A DNA stretch of 64,000 bases from NCBI GenBank assembly GCA_963812605.1, contig CAWEWF010000004.1, positions 96,001 to 160,000 of the forward strand, written 5' to 3'. Under the pieces are notes generated by a model, which did not search any database, was not told the DNA's origin, and saw only the letters and a program-made list of their open reading frames with translations. Origin of the DNA: an uncultured Verrucomicrobiae bacterium (lineage in GTDB: Bacteria > Verrucomicrobiota > Verrucomicrobiia > Palsa-1439). Shown one piece after another: positions 9,412 to 19,352 of the stretch. The position numbers and the translations under genes were made by a program. Positions within the stretch are counted from its first letter, which is position 1. Every line of letters begins with the position of its first letter.

Positions 9412-9864
9412 GGCAAGCGGGGCGCTTGCCCTACAAATCGGAGCGGCGGGGGTCGGTCGGCGGAACAGCACTTAGCAAGGGCTGCTACAGAGGAGGGTCT
9501 CCTAAAGCGCTGGACATCGGATTCCGATAATGGTATGGTTTGGGTCATGAGTTTAGGGAATCGGGAGATCGACACGCAAAAGCAGAACCGCGCCTTACGA
9601 CGCGGCTACAGGGGCTCTGAAAAACATGCGTTTCTGCGAAACGAACCCGATTTGCGGTGGCGCTTTTTTTGATGTAACCGCCAGTGAATGCAAGAGTTAT
9701 GGCGATTTGCTTCAAAATTCAAATCGGGTTCGTTTGGCGAAATCGGTGCATGCAGAGCGGTTGCGCATGAGGCAACGGCTACTTTCTCTTTCGGTACGAG
9801 TTGTAGGGCAGGCGGCCCGCCTGCCGTCGTTTCGGAATCGGCACGCGGGCCGCGTGCCCTACAA
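9412..9864 (+). mobile_element. Composite non-coding repeat element, copy A (REPs, promoter/operator, REP, 97-bp IR core, REP doublet)
   Basis: 26 bp (9510-9535) and 23 bp (9631-9653) are identical to reverse complements at 35239-35264 and 35029-35051; perfect 16-bp IR at 9639-9654/9720-9735; GTAG-REPs at 9412-9435, 9466-9489, 9588-9610 and 9801-9864. Confidence 0.65.
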
Positions 9865-9973
9865 AACGGCGGCAATGATGGGCACGCAATTTGGTTTGCC
9901 CGGCGGGGGGTTTTGGTGTATAAGTCCTTCCCTTCTAGGGTACCGGTGATTCCTAGAAGGAAATAGAGTTCCG

Positions 9974-11840
9974 ATGAACAAACACGCAAATGCCACGGCC
10001 AAGAGCCGGGCGAAGAACGCCGCGCCGATTGTCGAACTCGGCGCTGAACAGCACGCGCCCATGAAGGGGGCGGATATCCTCGTCAAATGCCTTGAACGCG
10101 AGGGTGTGGACGCGGTGTTTGCTTATCCCGGCGGCGCGAGCATGGAAATCCACCAGGCGTTGACGCGCTCGAAGATCATTCGCACGGTGCTGCCGCGGCA
10201 TGAACAGGGAGGCGCGTTTGCCGCGGAAGGTTATGCCCGCGCGAGCGGCAAGTGCGGCGTCGCCATCGCCACCAGCGGTCCCGGCGCGACGAACCTCGTC
10301 ACGGGCGTTGCCGATGCGTTCATGGATTCGATCCCACTCATTTTGATCACGGGCCAGGTCCCGCGAGCCGATGATCGGCAAAGGTGCGTTCCAGGAAACG
10401 GATGTGTTCGGGCTGGCGTTGCCGATCGTCAAGCACAGCTACCTCGTCATGAACGTCGAGGACATCCCGCGCGTCGTCAAAGAGGCGTTCTATATCGCGA
10501 ACACGGGTCGGCCCGGCCCGGTTTGGATCGATATCCCGAAGGACGTGCAGCAGAGCACATGCAAGCTGGTCTTCCCGGAGAAGATCAACCTGCGCGGGTA
10601 CAACCCGGACAAGCGCATCAGTGACATTGCGGTCAATGAGATCGCCGGGCTCATCGAAAAGAGCGAGCGCCCGGTCATCTACGCGGGCGGCGGCATCATC
10701 TCGTCGAACGCGAGCGCGGAACTGATTGCGTTCGTTGAGAAGACCGGCATCCCGATTGCCACCACGTTGATGGGCATCGGCGCGATTCCGACCGACCACG
10801 AACTCTCGATGAGCTGGCTCGGCATGCACGGCACGGTCACCGCGAATTACGCGGTGGACAAATCCGATTTGCTGTTGGCCCTCGGCGTCCGCTTTGACGA
10901 CCGGGTCACCGGCAAGGTCAGCGAGTTCGCCAAGCACGGGACCATCGTCCACATCGACGTTGACCCGAGCGAGATCAACAAGAACAAGGTCGCGCATCTG
11001 CCGATCGTCAGCGACATCAAGTACGCGCTCCAACAACTCAACCGGGTTGTCAAAGGCAAGCAGCAGTTCAAGGCGTGGCACGCGCAGATCGCCGAGTGGA
11101 AGAAGCAATACCCCTTCCGCTACCGCGTCACCGACGAAGTTTTGAAATCGCAATACGTCCGCGATTTCCTCAAGGGCGACATCAACGAAATCATCATGCC
11201 GCAGCATGTGGTCGAGTTGCTCAGCGAATTGACCGAGGGCGAGGCGATTCTCACGACAGGTGTCGGCCAGCACCAGATGTGGGCGGGGCAATACTACAAG
11301 TTCAAGCATCCGCGCTCGTTCCTGACTTCGGCGGGCCTCGGCGCGATGGGCTACGGCTATCCCGCCGCCATGGGCGCGAAGGTCGCGTTCCCCGACAAAC
11401 AGGTCGTGGACATCGACGGCGACGGTTCGTTCCTGATGAACATCCAGGAGCTCGCGACCGCGCACATCGAGCGGATCGCGGCCAAGGCGCTGGTTCTCAA
11501 CAACCAGCATCTCGGCATGGTCGTCCAGTGGGAAGACAAGTTTTACGATTCCAATCGCGGCCACACCTATCTCGGCGACCCGCAGAACCCGCACAAGGTC
11601 TATCCCGATTACGTCGCCATCGCGAAGGGTTTTAATGTCCCCGCCGAGCGCGTGACGCGCAAGAGTGAATTGCGGGACGCGATGAAGCGGATGCTCGACT
11701 CGAAAGAGCCGTATGTCCTCGATGTCATCGTCCCCTTCACCGAGCACGTGCTGCCGATGATTCCATCCGGCAAGACGGTCAAAGAGATCATTATCGAAAA
11801 GGATTCCAAACCGGTTCTCGGCACCAATCTCGGGCTGTAG
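9974..11840 (+). CDS. ilvB: Acetolactate synthase, biosynthetic large subunit (frameshift near 10365)
   Basis: [44 protein letters not shown]-binding motif; split between ORFs 9974..10624 and 10371..11840. Confidence 0.95.
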
Positions 11841-11911
11841 CCGCCCGACCGTTGGTGATGGCGCACGGTTTTTGTAGTCGGGACTCGCGGCACTCGGTAC
11901 AATCCGCCGCA

Positions 11912-13661
11912 ATGGACCGCCCTTGGATTCGGACGACGCTCGTGCTGTGCGTGTTCGCCGCGGTCTTCATCACGCTGACGGTCGGCAGTTACACGCGGCA
12001 ATCCGCAACGTCTGATGAGCCGATTCATTTGGCCGCGGGCTACACAGCGCTGCGCCTGCATGATTACCGTGTCGACCAGGAGCATCCGCCATTCCTGCGC
12101 ATGTGGGCCGCCTTGCCGCTGCTGATGTTGCCGGATGTGCAACTCGGCACCAATGACATCTCGTGGCGGACGGGACACGATTGGGACTTTAGTCATCACT
12201 TCCTGTACGAGATCAATGATGCCGACCGCTTGCTCTATCGCGCCCGGTTCATGACGGTCGTGCTCGGCATTGTGTTGGGCGTGCTCCTTTTCTGCTGGGG
12301 ACGGGAACTCTTCGGTTTCTGGACGGCGACCGCAGTCCTTGCGCTCTACTGCCTCGAGCCGAACATTCTCGCGCACTCCGGCCTGGTCACGACGGATCTC
12401 GGTGTGACGTGCTTTATTTTCGGCGCGCTCTATTTTCTCTGGCGACTGACGCGAAGGTTTACCTGCGGCAACGCAGCGGGCCTGGCCGCGTTCTTCGCGC
12501 TCGCGCAGGTTTCCAAATTCTCCGCGTTGGTGCTCGGGCCGATTGTCGTGGTGCTGTTGCTCGTTCATGTGCTGTGCGGAGGCGCATGGTCTTACCGGTT
12601 TGGCAATCAGGGCGAATTCCGTTCACTTCGACAGAAGACGCTCGCCATGATTGTTGTCATTGGATTGCTCGCGATCACTTCGTACGCCGCCGTTTGGGCC
12701 GTTTACGGTTTCCGTTACGGGCCGACGGCCCCGAGCGTCGATCTCGCGCGCGTGCAGGATAACCCGGACATTCTCAAGCATGTGCACACCGTTTCCGTCG
12801 TCGCCAACTGGTTCGACAAACATCGGCTCCTGCCCGACGCCTACACGCACAGCCTGGTCCTTGGCCAGGTCAAAGCCCAGCGCCGTACGCGCTTACTTTG
12901 CGGGCGAATTCAGCCGCACTGGCTGGTGGTATTATTTCCCCGTGGTGTTCCTGGTCAAGACGCCATTGACCGTGCTGTTGCTTTTCATCTGCGGTTTGGT
13001 GCTCAGCGTGAAAACGCGCGCACACTGGAAAAGCGAAGACGCGTTCCTCGTCCTGCCGTTGGTGATTTACCTCGGCGTCGCCATGACGGCGCACCTCAAC
13101 ATTGGTCTGCGCCACATCCTGCCCATCTACCCGTTGGTCCTGCTGATCTGCGGAATCACCCTGGAGGAAATGCGCGTGAGGTGGCGCCCTCTTTTCCTCA
13201 TGGCGCCAATTGTACTTGCGGCTGTTGAACTTGGTTTTGTCTATCCCCACTGCCTCGCGTTCTTCAATCAACTCGTCGGCGGGCCCAAAAATGGCCATCT
13301 GGTCCTGCTCGATTCGAACCTCGACTGGGGCCAGGATCTCAAACCGCTGAAACTCTGGATGGACGCGCATCATGTCGAGCAAATCAACCTCGGTTACTTC
13401 GGCACGGCGGACCCTGCCTACTACGGGATTCATGCGACACCGTTGCTGGGTTCACCCTCGTTCTTGACAGCGCAGGTGACGGAGCCGCGCCTGCCCGGGT
13501 ACGTTGCCGTGAGCGTGCAAAACCTCCACGGTGTGTGGTCGCGCCAGGCGACACTCAATTACTACGCGCCGCTGTTGGACCGAGAGCCAACCGCCGTCAT
13601 CGGTTACTCGATTCACGTCTATTGGGTTGAAACCAATTGGTGGTACAATTCCCAGCCATGA
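11912..13661 (+). CDS. GT-C glycosyltransferase, family 39/ArnT-PMT-like (frameshift near 12885)
   Basis: Multi-TM; SATSDEP, EHPP, AHSGLVTTD, RHILP and DSNLDWGQDLK motifs; ORFs 11852..13228 plus 12651..13661. Confidence 0.85.
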
Positions 13662-15424
13662 ACTTTTCCGAACGGCAGCGCTCCGCCATTAGCTTGCTCG
13701 TCTTCGCCGCCGTTTTTATCGCGCTAACCGTCAGCAGTTACACGCGCGAGTCGGCGACCTGGGACGAGCCGCAACACGTGGTCACGGGCTACTGCGCCCT
13801 TCGGTTCCACGACTACCGCACGGATCCGGAGCATCCCCCATTCCTCCGCCTGTGGGCAGCATTACCGCGGCTCGCGATGGATGACGTCAAGGTGGATCTC
13901 CGGATGATCGACCAGACCGACCCCATGACATGGACGGCGGGAGGACAGTTCTTTTTCTGTCATGACGTGCTTTACGTCGCCAATGATGCCGACCGTTTGT
14001 TGTACCCGGCGCGATTTATGATCGTGCTGCTCGGCGTCTTACTGGGCGTGTTGCTCTTTTGTTGGTCGCGCGAACTGCTCGGGTTCTGGCCCGCGGTGAT
14101 GGTACTGGGCCTGTACACCATCGAACCCAATCTATTGGCGCATGCGCGCCTGGTCACAACCGATTTTGGCGTGACGTGCTTTACCTTTGGCACGATATAC
14201 TTCCTCTGGCGAACGACGCGGCTGCTGAGCCTGGGGAATTTATGCGGCCTGCTGGGGTTCTTTGCGCTGGCGCAGATCAGCAAGTTTTCGGCGCTCTTGC
14301 TGGGCCCGATCGTCCTGGCGCTGCTTATTGTTCGCGTCTGCCAGAAAGAGCCGTGGCCGAAGAAGCTTCGCGGGCGAACGGGCGTGCGCAGCCGGTTCGC
14401 GAAGTTGGCGGTGGCGATGTCCATCGTCGCCGCGCTTGCTGTGACGACGTGGATGGCGATTTGGGCCGTCTACGACTTCCGGTATCTCCCTTCGGAGTCC
14501 ACCACCTGGCGCTGGAATCTCCAGCAGGACCCGGGCGTGCTTGAACGCGCTCCCCTGCTCACGAAGGTCATCGGATGGGTGGACGAACATGAGTTGTTGC
14601 CAAACGCCTATAGCCAGGGGTTTCTGCTCGGACAGGTCAAAGCGCAGAAACGCAGCGGATTTCTCGCGGGTGATTACAGTCTCAAGGGCTGGTGGTATTT
14701 CTTCCCGTTTGCGTTCCTCATCAAGACTCCCATCTCCCTGGTCCTGCTCTTTCTTGCGGGCGTCGGCTTGTGTGCGGTGCACTGGCGACGCTTCCTCGAT
14801 CACAACGTCTATACCGTCTTGCCGTTGGCGGCATTCCTGGGAGCGGCGATGATGATGAGGCTGAACATTGGCGTGCGCCACATCCTGCCCATCCAACCCT
14901 TCGTGCTGCTGCTGGCGGGTAACGCCACTGCGGAACTGTACGCCAGCCAACGAAAGCCCCTTCGCGTGTTGCTGGGCGCGCTCGGTCTCCTGGCCGTCAC
15001 CGAATTCGCTTTCATTTGTCCGCATTATCTCGCGTTCTTCAACCAGTTCGCCGGCGGCCCGCGAAATGGACACCAGTACCTCGTCGATTCCAATCTCGAT
15101 TGGGGACAGGATTTGAAGGGTTTGAAGAGTTGGATGGACCAGCACCAGGTGCAACACATCAACCTGAGCTACTTCGGCACGGCGGATCCCGCCTATTACA
15201 AGATCGATTGCACCTATCTTCCCGGCAGTCCCTTTTTTGACGAGAGACTTGTGAGAGGTCCGCAACTACCCGGCTTCGTCGCCGTAAGTGTCACCAATCT
15301 GAGGGGGGTTTATCTAGGGGAACGCTCGCGGGATATTTACAAGAGGCTGCTGGAAACCGAACCGGTGGCGATGATTGGCTATTCGATCTACGTGTACCAG
15401 GTCGAGCATCCGTGGTGGCAGTAA
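13658..15424 (+). CDS. GT-C glycosyltransferase, family 39/ArnT-PMT-like (tandem paralog)
   Basis: SATWDEP, EHPP, AHARLVTTD, RHILP, DSNLDWGQDLK; ATGA overlap with the upstream paralog. Confidence 0.9.
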   Translation: MNFSERQRSAISLLVFAAVFIALTVSSYTRESATWDEPQHVVTGYCALRFHDYRTDPEHPPFLRLWAALPRLAMDDVKVDLRMIDQTDPMTWTAGGQFFFCHDVLYVANDADRLLYPARFMIVLLGVLLGVLLFCWSRELLGFWPAVMVLGLYTIEPNLLAHARLVTTDFGVTCFTFGTIYFLWRTTRLLSLGNLCGLLGFFALAQISKFSALLLGPIVLALLIVRVCQKEPWPKKLRGRTGVRSRFAKLAVAMSIVAALAVTTWMAIWAVYDFRYLPSESTTWRWNLQQDPGVLERAPLLTKVIGWVDEHELLPNAYSQGFLLGQVKAQKRSGFLAGDYSLKGWWYFFPFAFLIKTPISLVLLFLAGVGLCAVHWRRFLDHNVYTVLPLAAFLGAAMMMRLNIGVRHILPIQPFVLLLAGNATAELYASQRKPLRVLLGALGLLAVTEFAFICPHYLAFFNQFAGGPRNGHQYLVDSNLDWGQDLKGLKSWMDQHQVQHINLSYFGTADPAYYKIDCTYLPGSPFFDERLVRGPQLPGFVAVSVTNLRGVYLGERSRDIYKRLLETEPVAMIGYSIYVYQVEHPWWQ

Positions 15425-15444
15425 GCCGCAACAACCGTCAGCAC

Positions 15445-15927
15445 CTACTCGGTCGGCCCCTCTTCCCCCTGCTCGGTAAACTCATCGCCACCCTCCTGCT
15501 TCATGCGCTTGAGCACCTCCGACATGTCCTCGACGGCGCTGAAAACCTTGGTCGCCACATAAATCGGGCTCTTCTGTTGGACCGCCAGCGCGATGCAGTC
15601 GCTGGGCCGTGAATCGATCTCCAGGATCTTCTTGCCGAGTTCGTTTTCCGCGCGCAACACGAGCCGCGCGTAGTACGTGCTGTTCTTGAGGTCGTTAATG
15701 ACGATGCGCTCGACCTTCACACCCAGCCCGGTGAAAATATGGCCGATGAGGTCGTGTGTAAGCGGGCGTTCCTTCGGCGTGCTGCGCAGGAACATGGTGA
15801 TCGCGGCGCCCACACTGTGATCGACGTAGATAACGAACGTCTTTTCGTCGTTGCCCACGAAAACCGCGCAGCCGTTGGTTGTCGGCAGCACGCCTTTTAC
15901 CTGGACCTCAACAACGTCGTTTTTCAC
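15445..15927 (-). CDS. Bifunctional nuclease family protein (DUF151)
   Basis: RPLTHDL and IDSRPSDCIALA signature motifs. Confidence 0.9.
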   Translation of the reverse strand: MKNDVVEVQVKGVLPTTNGCAVFVGNDEKTFVIYVDHSVGAAITMFLRSTPKERPLTHDLIGHIFTGLGVKVERIVINDLKNSTYYARLVLRAENELGKKILEIDSRPSDCIALAVQQKSPIYVATKVFSAVEDMSEVLKRMKQEGGDEFTEQGEEGPTE

Positions 15928-15978
15928 GGGTGTACTTTAAATGCCTTTCCATGGAAAGGCAAACTTGGCGCGCGCGCC

Positions 15979-16527
15979 CTAGAACAAACAAATCGCGGCG
16001 GTGATCACGGTGGAATACTGGCCTTGGGGATGGCCGACCGCGGTCTGCGTGCAATTGCTGGTACGCACGATCTTACCGCTCATCCGGAAAACCTGTTCTT
16101 TTTCGTCCCAACTGCCATCTTCGTTGAATTCCACGCCGAGCGTCGTCCCCAGCATGGCCGCCGCCATGTCCTCGGAGAAATTGCCGGCAGTTGTGTCGTT
16201 CATGCCATAGGCGTGAAGCTCGCTCAGGTAGCCATAGGCGTCCTCATCGGCGGGCTGTGCCACGCCGATCGACGCGGCGATAAGCCGGTGCGGTTCGTTG
16301 GTGGAAATGCGCGCGATCACCGCAAAAGTGATCTGCCCCGGTTGCAGCAACTGTTCGCCCTGCTTGCGCGAGATGATCTTGCAGCGTGGCGGCAGGATGC
16401 TCGAGACGGTCACGAGGTTGCACTTTTCGATGCCCGCGTCTCGTAGTGCCAATTCGAAACTGCGCAGCTCGTGCTTGTGGGTTCCGACACCTTTGGTCAA
16501 AAAAATCTTCGATGGAACAAAATGCAT
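15979..16527 (-). CDS. pdaD: Pyruvoyl-dependent arginine decarboxylase
   Basis: [25 protein letters not shown] with the Ser-Ser autocleavage site; GYLSE motif; GGAGG RBS. Confidence 0.9.
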   Translation of the reverse strand: MHFVPSKIFLTKGVGTHKHELRSFELALRDAGIEKCNLVTVSSILPPRCKIISRKQGEQLLQPGQITFAVIARISTNEPHRLIAASIGVAQPADEDAYGYLSELHAYGMNDTTAGNFSEDMAAAMLGTTLGVEFNEDGSWDEKEQVFRMSGKIVRTSNCTQTAVGHPQGQYSTVITAAICLF

Positions 16528-16614
16528 GTGGTTGTTTCTCGCCTCCGGGCGGAAGAGAAACAAATTTCTTGCAGCAATGCAAGAAATTCATCATGGTTCT
16601 GACGGATTTTTCAC

Positions 16615-17490
16615 ATGCCGCCCCGGACACATATCGTCACTATTGGCCTCATTCAGATGCGGTGCACATCCCAACCACAGGCGAATCTGCGGAAAGGACT
16701 CGCTCTCGTCGCGAAGGCTGCCCGTCGCGGCGCCCGGATTATCTGCCTGCCGGAACTCTTTCGCTCGCTCTACTTCTGCCAGACGGAAGACCACCGCCAG
16801 TTCGCGCTCGCCGAACCGATTCCCGGTCCGACGACGGCCGCACTCGCGAAAGCCGCGCGCCAGCACCGCGTCACTGTCGTCGGATCGATTTTCGAGAAGC
16901 GCTCGGCAGGTGTTTACCACAACACCGCCGTCGTTCTCGACGCCCACGGGAAGCTTGTGGGCAAGTACCGGAAGATGCACATTCCCGACGACCCGCTGTA
17001 TTACGAGAAATTCTATTTCGCGCCCGGCGATCTCGGGTTTCAATCGTTCGCAACGAAGCACGCCAGCATCGGCACGCTCATCTGCTGGGACCAATGGTAT
17101 CCAGAAGGCGCGCGGCTCACCGCGCTAAAAGGCGCGCAAATCCTTTTCTATCCGACGGCAATCGGTTGGCACCGAAACGAGAAAAAACAATTTGGAAAGA
17201 AACAGCATGAAGCGTGGGTGACGATCCAGCGTTCCCATGCCATCGCCAATGGCGTGTTCGTAGCTGCCTCCAACCGCATCGGGCTGGAAGGCACAGTGCA
17301 GTTCTGGGGCGGTTCGTTCGTGTGCGACCCGTTCGGTGAGGTGATTGCCGAGGCAAGCCACGACCAGGAGGAAGTGCTCCTGGCAAAATGTGACCTTCGC
17401 AAGGTGGAGGAAACGCGCCAGCATTGGCCGTTCCTTCGCGACCGACGGATCGACGCCTACAGCGGGATCACGCAGCGTTTGCTCGACTGA
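16615..17490 (+). CDS. aguB: N-carbamoylputrescine amidase (carbon-nitrogen hydrolase)
   Basis: LPELF, KYRKMHIPDDPLYYEKFYF, ICWDQWYPEGAR, WPFLRDRR; adjacent to agmatine deiminase. Confidence 0.9.
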   Translation: MPPRTHIVTIGLIQMRCTSQPQANLRKGLALVAKAARRGARIICLPELFRSLYFCQTEDHRQFALAEPIPGPTTAALAKAARQHRVTVVGSIFEKRSAGVYHNTAVVLDAHGKLVGKYRKMHIPDDPLYYEKFYFAPGDLGFQSFATKHASIGTLICWDQWYPEGARLTALKGAQILFYPTAIGWHRNEKKQFGKKQHEAWVTIQRSHAIANGVFVAASNRIGLEGTVQFWGGSFVCDPFGEVIAEASHDQEEVLLAKCDLRKVEETRQHWPFLRDRRIDAYSGITQRLLD

Positions 17491-18521
17491 TGGCTGCGAA
17501 CACTCCACGCGAACTCGGCTATCGCATGCCCGCTGAATGGGAGCCGCACGCGGCCACCTGGCTGAGTTGGCCACGCCCTGACGGCATCAGTTTTCCCGAC
17601 CGCTATTCCGAGGCGCTCCCGACGCTGGGCAAGATGGTCCGGACGCTCGCCCCGCATGAACGCGTCGACATCAACGTCCGCAACGAAGAGGTCGAAGCCA
17701 TTGCCCGCCAGGCAATCGGTGACACGGAAAATGTCTTCTACCACCACATTCCCTCATACGAACCCTGGTGTCGCGACCATGGACCCGTCTTCGTGAAGCG
17801 CGACCGCGAACTCGCCATCGTGGACTGGGACTACAACGCGTGGGGCAGCAAATACCCGCCGTACGACGATGATGATGCGGTACCCCGGCGCGTCGCCGAG
17901 TTATTGGGTGTGCCGGTTTTCAACCCCGGCATTGTAATGGAGGGCGGCGCGCTCGACGTCAACGGCGCAGGGACATTGCTGACGACCGAATCCTGCCTGC
18001 TCAATCCCAATCGCAACCCGGGTCTCAATAAGCAGCAAATCGAGCAGCATCTTCGCGAGTATCTCGGGGTTACCAATACATTGTGGCTGGGGGACGGGAT
18101 CGCTGGGGATGATACAGACGGACACGTGGACGATCTGGCGCGGTTCGTCAATTCAACCACGGTCGTCACGGTTGTCGAGCCGGATCCACAAGATGATAAT
18201 TACTGGCCCCTGCAGGAAAATCGGAAACGGCTCCGCTCCATGCGCGACCAGGATGGAAAGCCCTTGCAGGTCGTCGAGTTGCCGATGCCAGGTGTGATTG
18301 AATACGATCATCAGCGATTGCCGGCAAGCTACGCCAATTTCTATATCGCAAATGGTGTGGTACTGCTGCCAACCTATCGGAACCAGAAAACCGATGCGGT
18401 TGCAACGGAAACACTACAAAAACTTTTTACAAGCCGACGCGTAGTGAGCATCGACAGCACAAATCTCATTTGGGGGCTCGGATCCTTCCACTGCCTCACA
18501 CAGCAACAGCCCGCGACCTAG
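17490..18521 (+). CDS. aguA: Agmatine deiminase family protein
   Basis: RMPAEWEPH, WCRDHGP, MEGGA, DDTDGHVD, ASYANFY, GSFHCLTQQQP; TGATG overlap with aguB. Confidence 0.92.
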   Translation: MAANTPRELGYRMPAEWEPHAATWLSWPRPDGISFPDRYSEALPTLGKMVRTLAPHERVDINVRNEEVEAIARQAIGDTENVFYHHIPSYEPWCRDHGPVFVKRDRELAIVDWDYNAWGSKYPPYDDDDAVPRRVAELLGVPVFNPGIVMEGGALDVNGAGTLLTTESCLLNPNRNPGLNKQQIEQHLREYLGVTNTLWLGDGIAGDDTDGHVDDLARFVNSTTVVTVVEPDPQDDNYWPLQENRKRLRSMRDQDGKPLQVVELPMPGVIEYDHQRLPASYANFYIANGVVLLPTYRNQKTDAVATETLQKLFTSRRVVSIDSTNLIWGLGSFHCLTQQQPAT

Positions 18522-18536
18522 GGATCGGCTCCGAAA

Positions 18537-18713
18537 CTACGGCCCGAATCCGTCATTGACGGTCGTAACCATATTGTTCGTCTTGCCACCGATGCCTTGC
18601 AGAATTGCTATCGCTATAATCGAGACCAGCACGAGGATGACGGCGTACTCTGTAAGAGTTGCGCCTGGCTTTGCCCTCAGCTTTCTGAGTAACCTTTGTT
18701 GTCTTCTGTTCAT
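18537..18713 (-). CDS. flp: Flp family type IVb pilin (58 aa, below ORF-track cutoff)
   Basis: MNRRQQRLLRKLRAKPG|ATLTEYAVILVLVSIIAIAILQGIGGKTNNMVTTVNDGFGP: basic leader, G|xxxxEY motif, hydrophobic helix; AAGGGA RBS. Confidence 0.88.
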   Translation of the reverse strand: MNRRQQRLLRKLRAKPGATLTEYAVILVLVSIIAIAILQGIGGKTNNMVTTVNDGFGP

Positions 18714-18751
18714 TTAATCCCTTACCAGCACTCCATCCCCAAGCCGCCCCA

Positions 18752-18780
18752 ATTATACAGCCTCTCGCGAGGATTGCCAA
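18752..18780 (-). promoter_or_regulatory. Sigma70-type promoter for flp (TTGGCA-N17-TATAAT)
   Basis: Perfect -10, 5/6 -35, exact 17-bp spacer containing the palindrome CTCGCGAG; 38 bp upstream of the ATG. Confidence 0.6.
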
Positions 18781-18909
18781 CAAATTCGATGCGTTTTGTT
18801 TGAAAGTCATTCTTGGCCATCGTAACAAGAACAAGTCCTAACAGCTTAGGGCCCAATATCTTGTCGCTGTTCCGAACAAGCAATGGGTTACCACCTCGGA
18901 AAAGAAATA

Positions 18910-19323
18910 TCACGAGCGAGCGGCCATTTTACATAGCTTCTGCCATCGCGAATCGCTGACGGGCATCACGCTGAGTCGCCCCATTCGAACCAGCTCAAAA
19001 TCCTGAAAAGCTTGGCTGGCTTTGATCTCAGCCAGCGTGATCGGCCGAGGCAATCGCTCTCGCGCTTTCAGATCGACTACCATCATTTTCGGGTCATTCT
19101 CCCGTGGGTTAGGATAGGGATCGCTTGCCACTTCGGCGGTACCGATAATTTGCCTCTCGTCTCCAGTGTGGTAAATAAAGACCAGGTCGCCGCGTTTCAT
19201 TGACCGCAGATGTTTCAGAGCCAGGGGGTTCGCGACACCATCCCATACCGCGCGCTTCTCGCGCTCCAAATCACTAAACGAATACGTGCTTGGTTCTGTC
19301 TTCAATAACCAGTGGTTCGGCAT
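18910..19323 (-). CDS. EVE domain-containing protein
   Basis: WLLKTEPSTYS, WDGV.N..A, MKRGD..FIYHTG, RLSVMPV. Confidence 0.92.
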   Translation of the reverse strand: MPNHWLLKTEPSTYSFSDLEREKRAVWDGVANPLALKHLRSMKRGDLVFIYHTGDERQIIGTAEVASDPYPNPRENDPKMMVVDLKARERLPRPITLAEIKASQAFQDFELVRMGRLSVMPVSDSRWQKLCKMAARS

Positions 19324-19352
19324 GTCCCATCGCCTCGTCTTCCTACCTTCGT

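Noticed and set aside
9639-9735. Integron attC sites
   Set aside because: The IR cores are dispersed, in both orientations, do not follow cassette ORFs, lack proper RYYYAAC/GTTRRRY boxes, and no intI is present.
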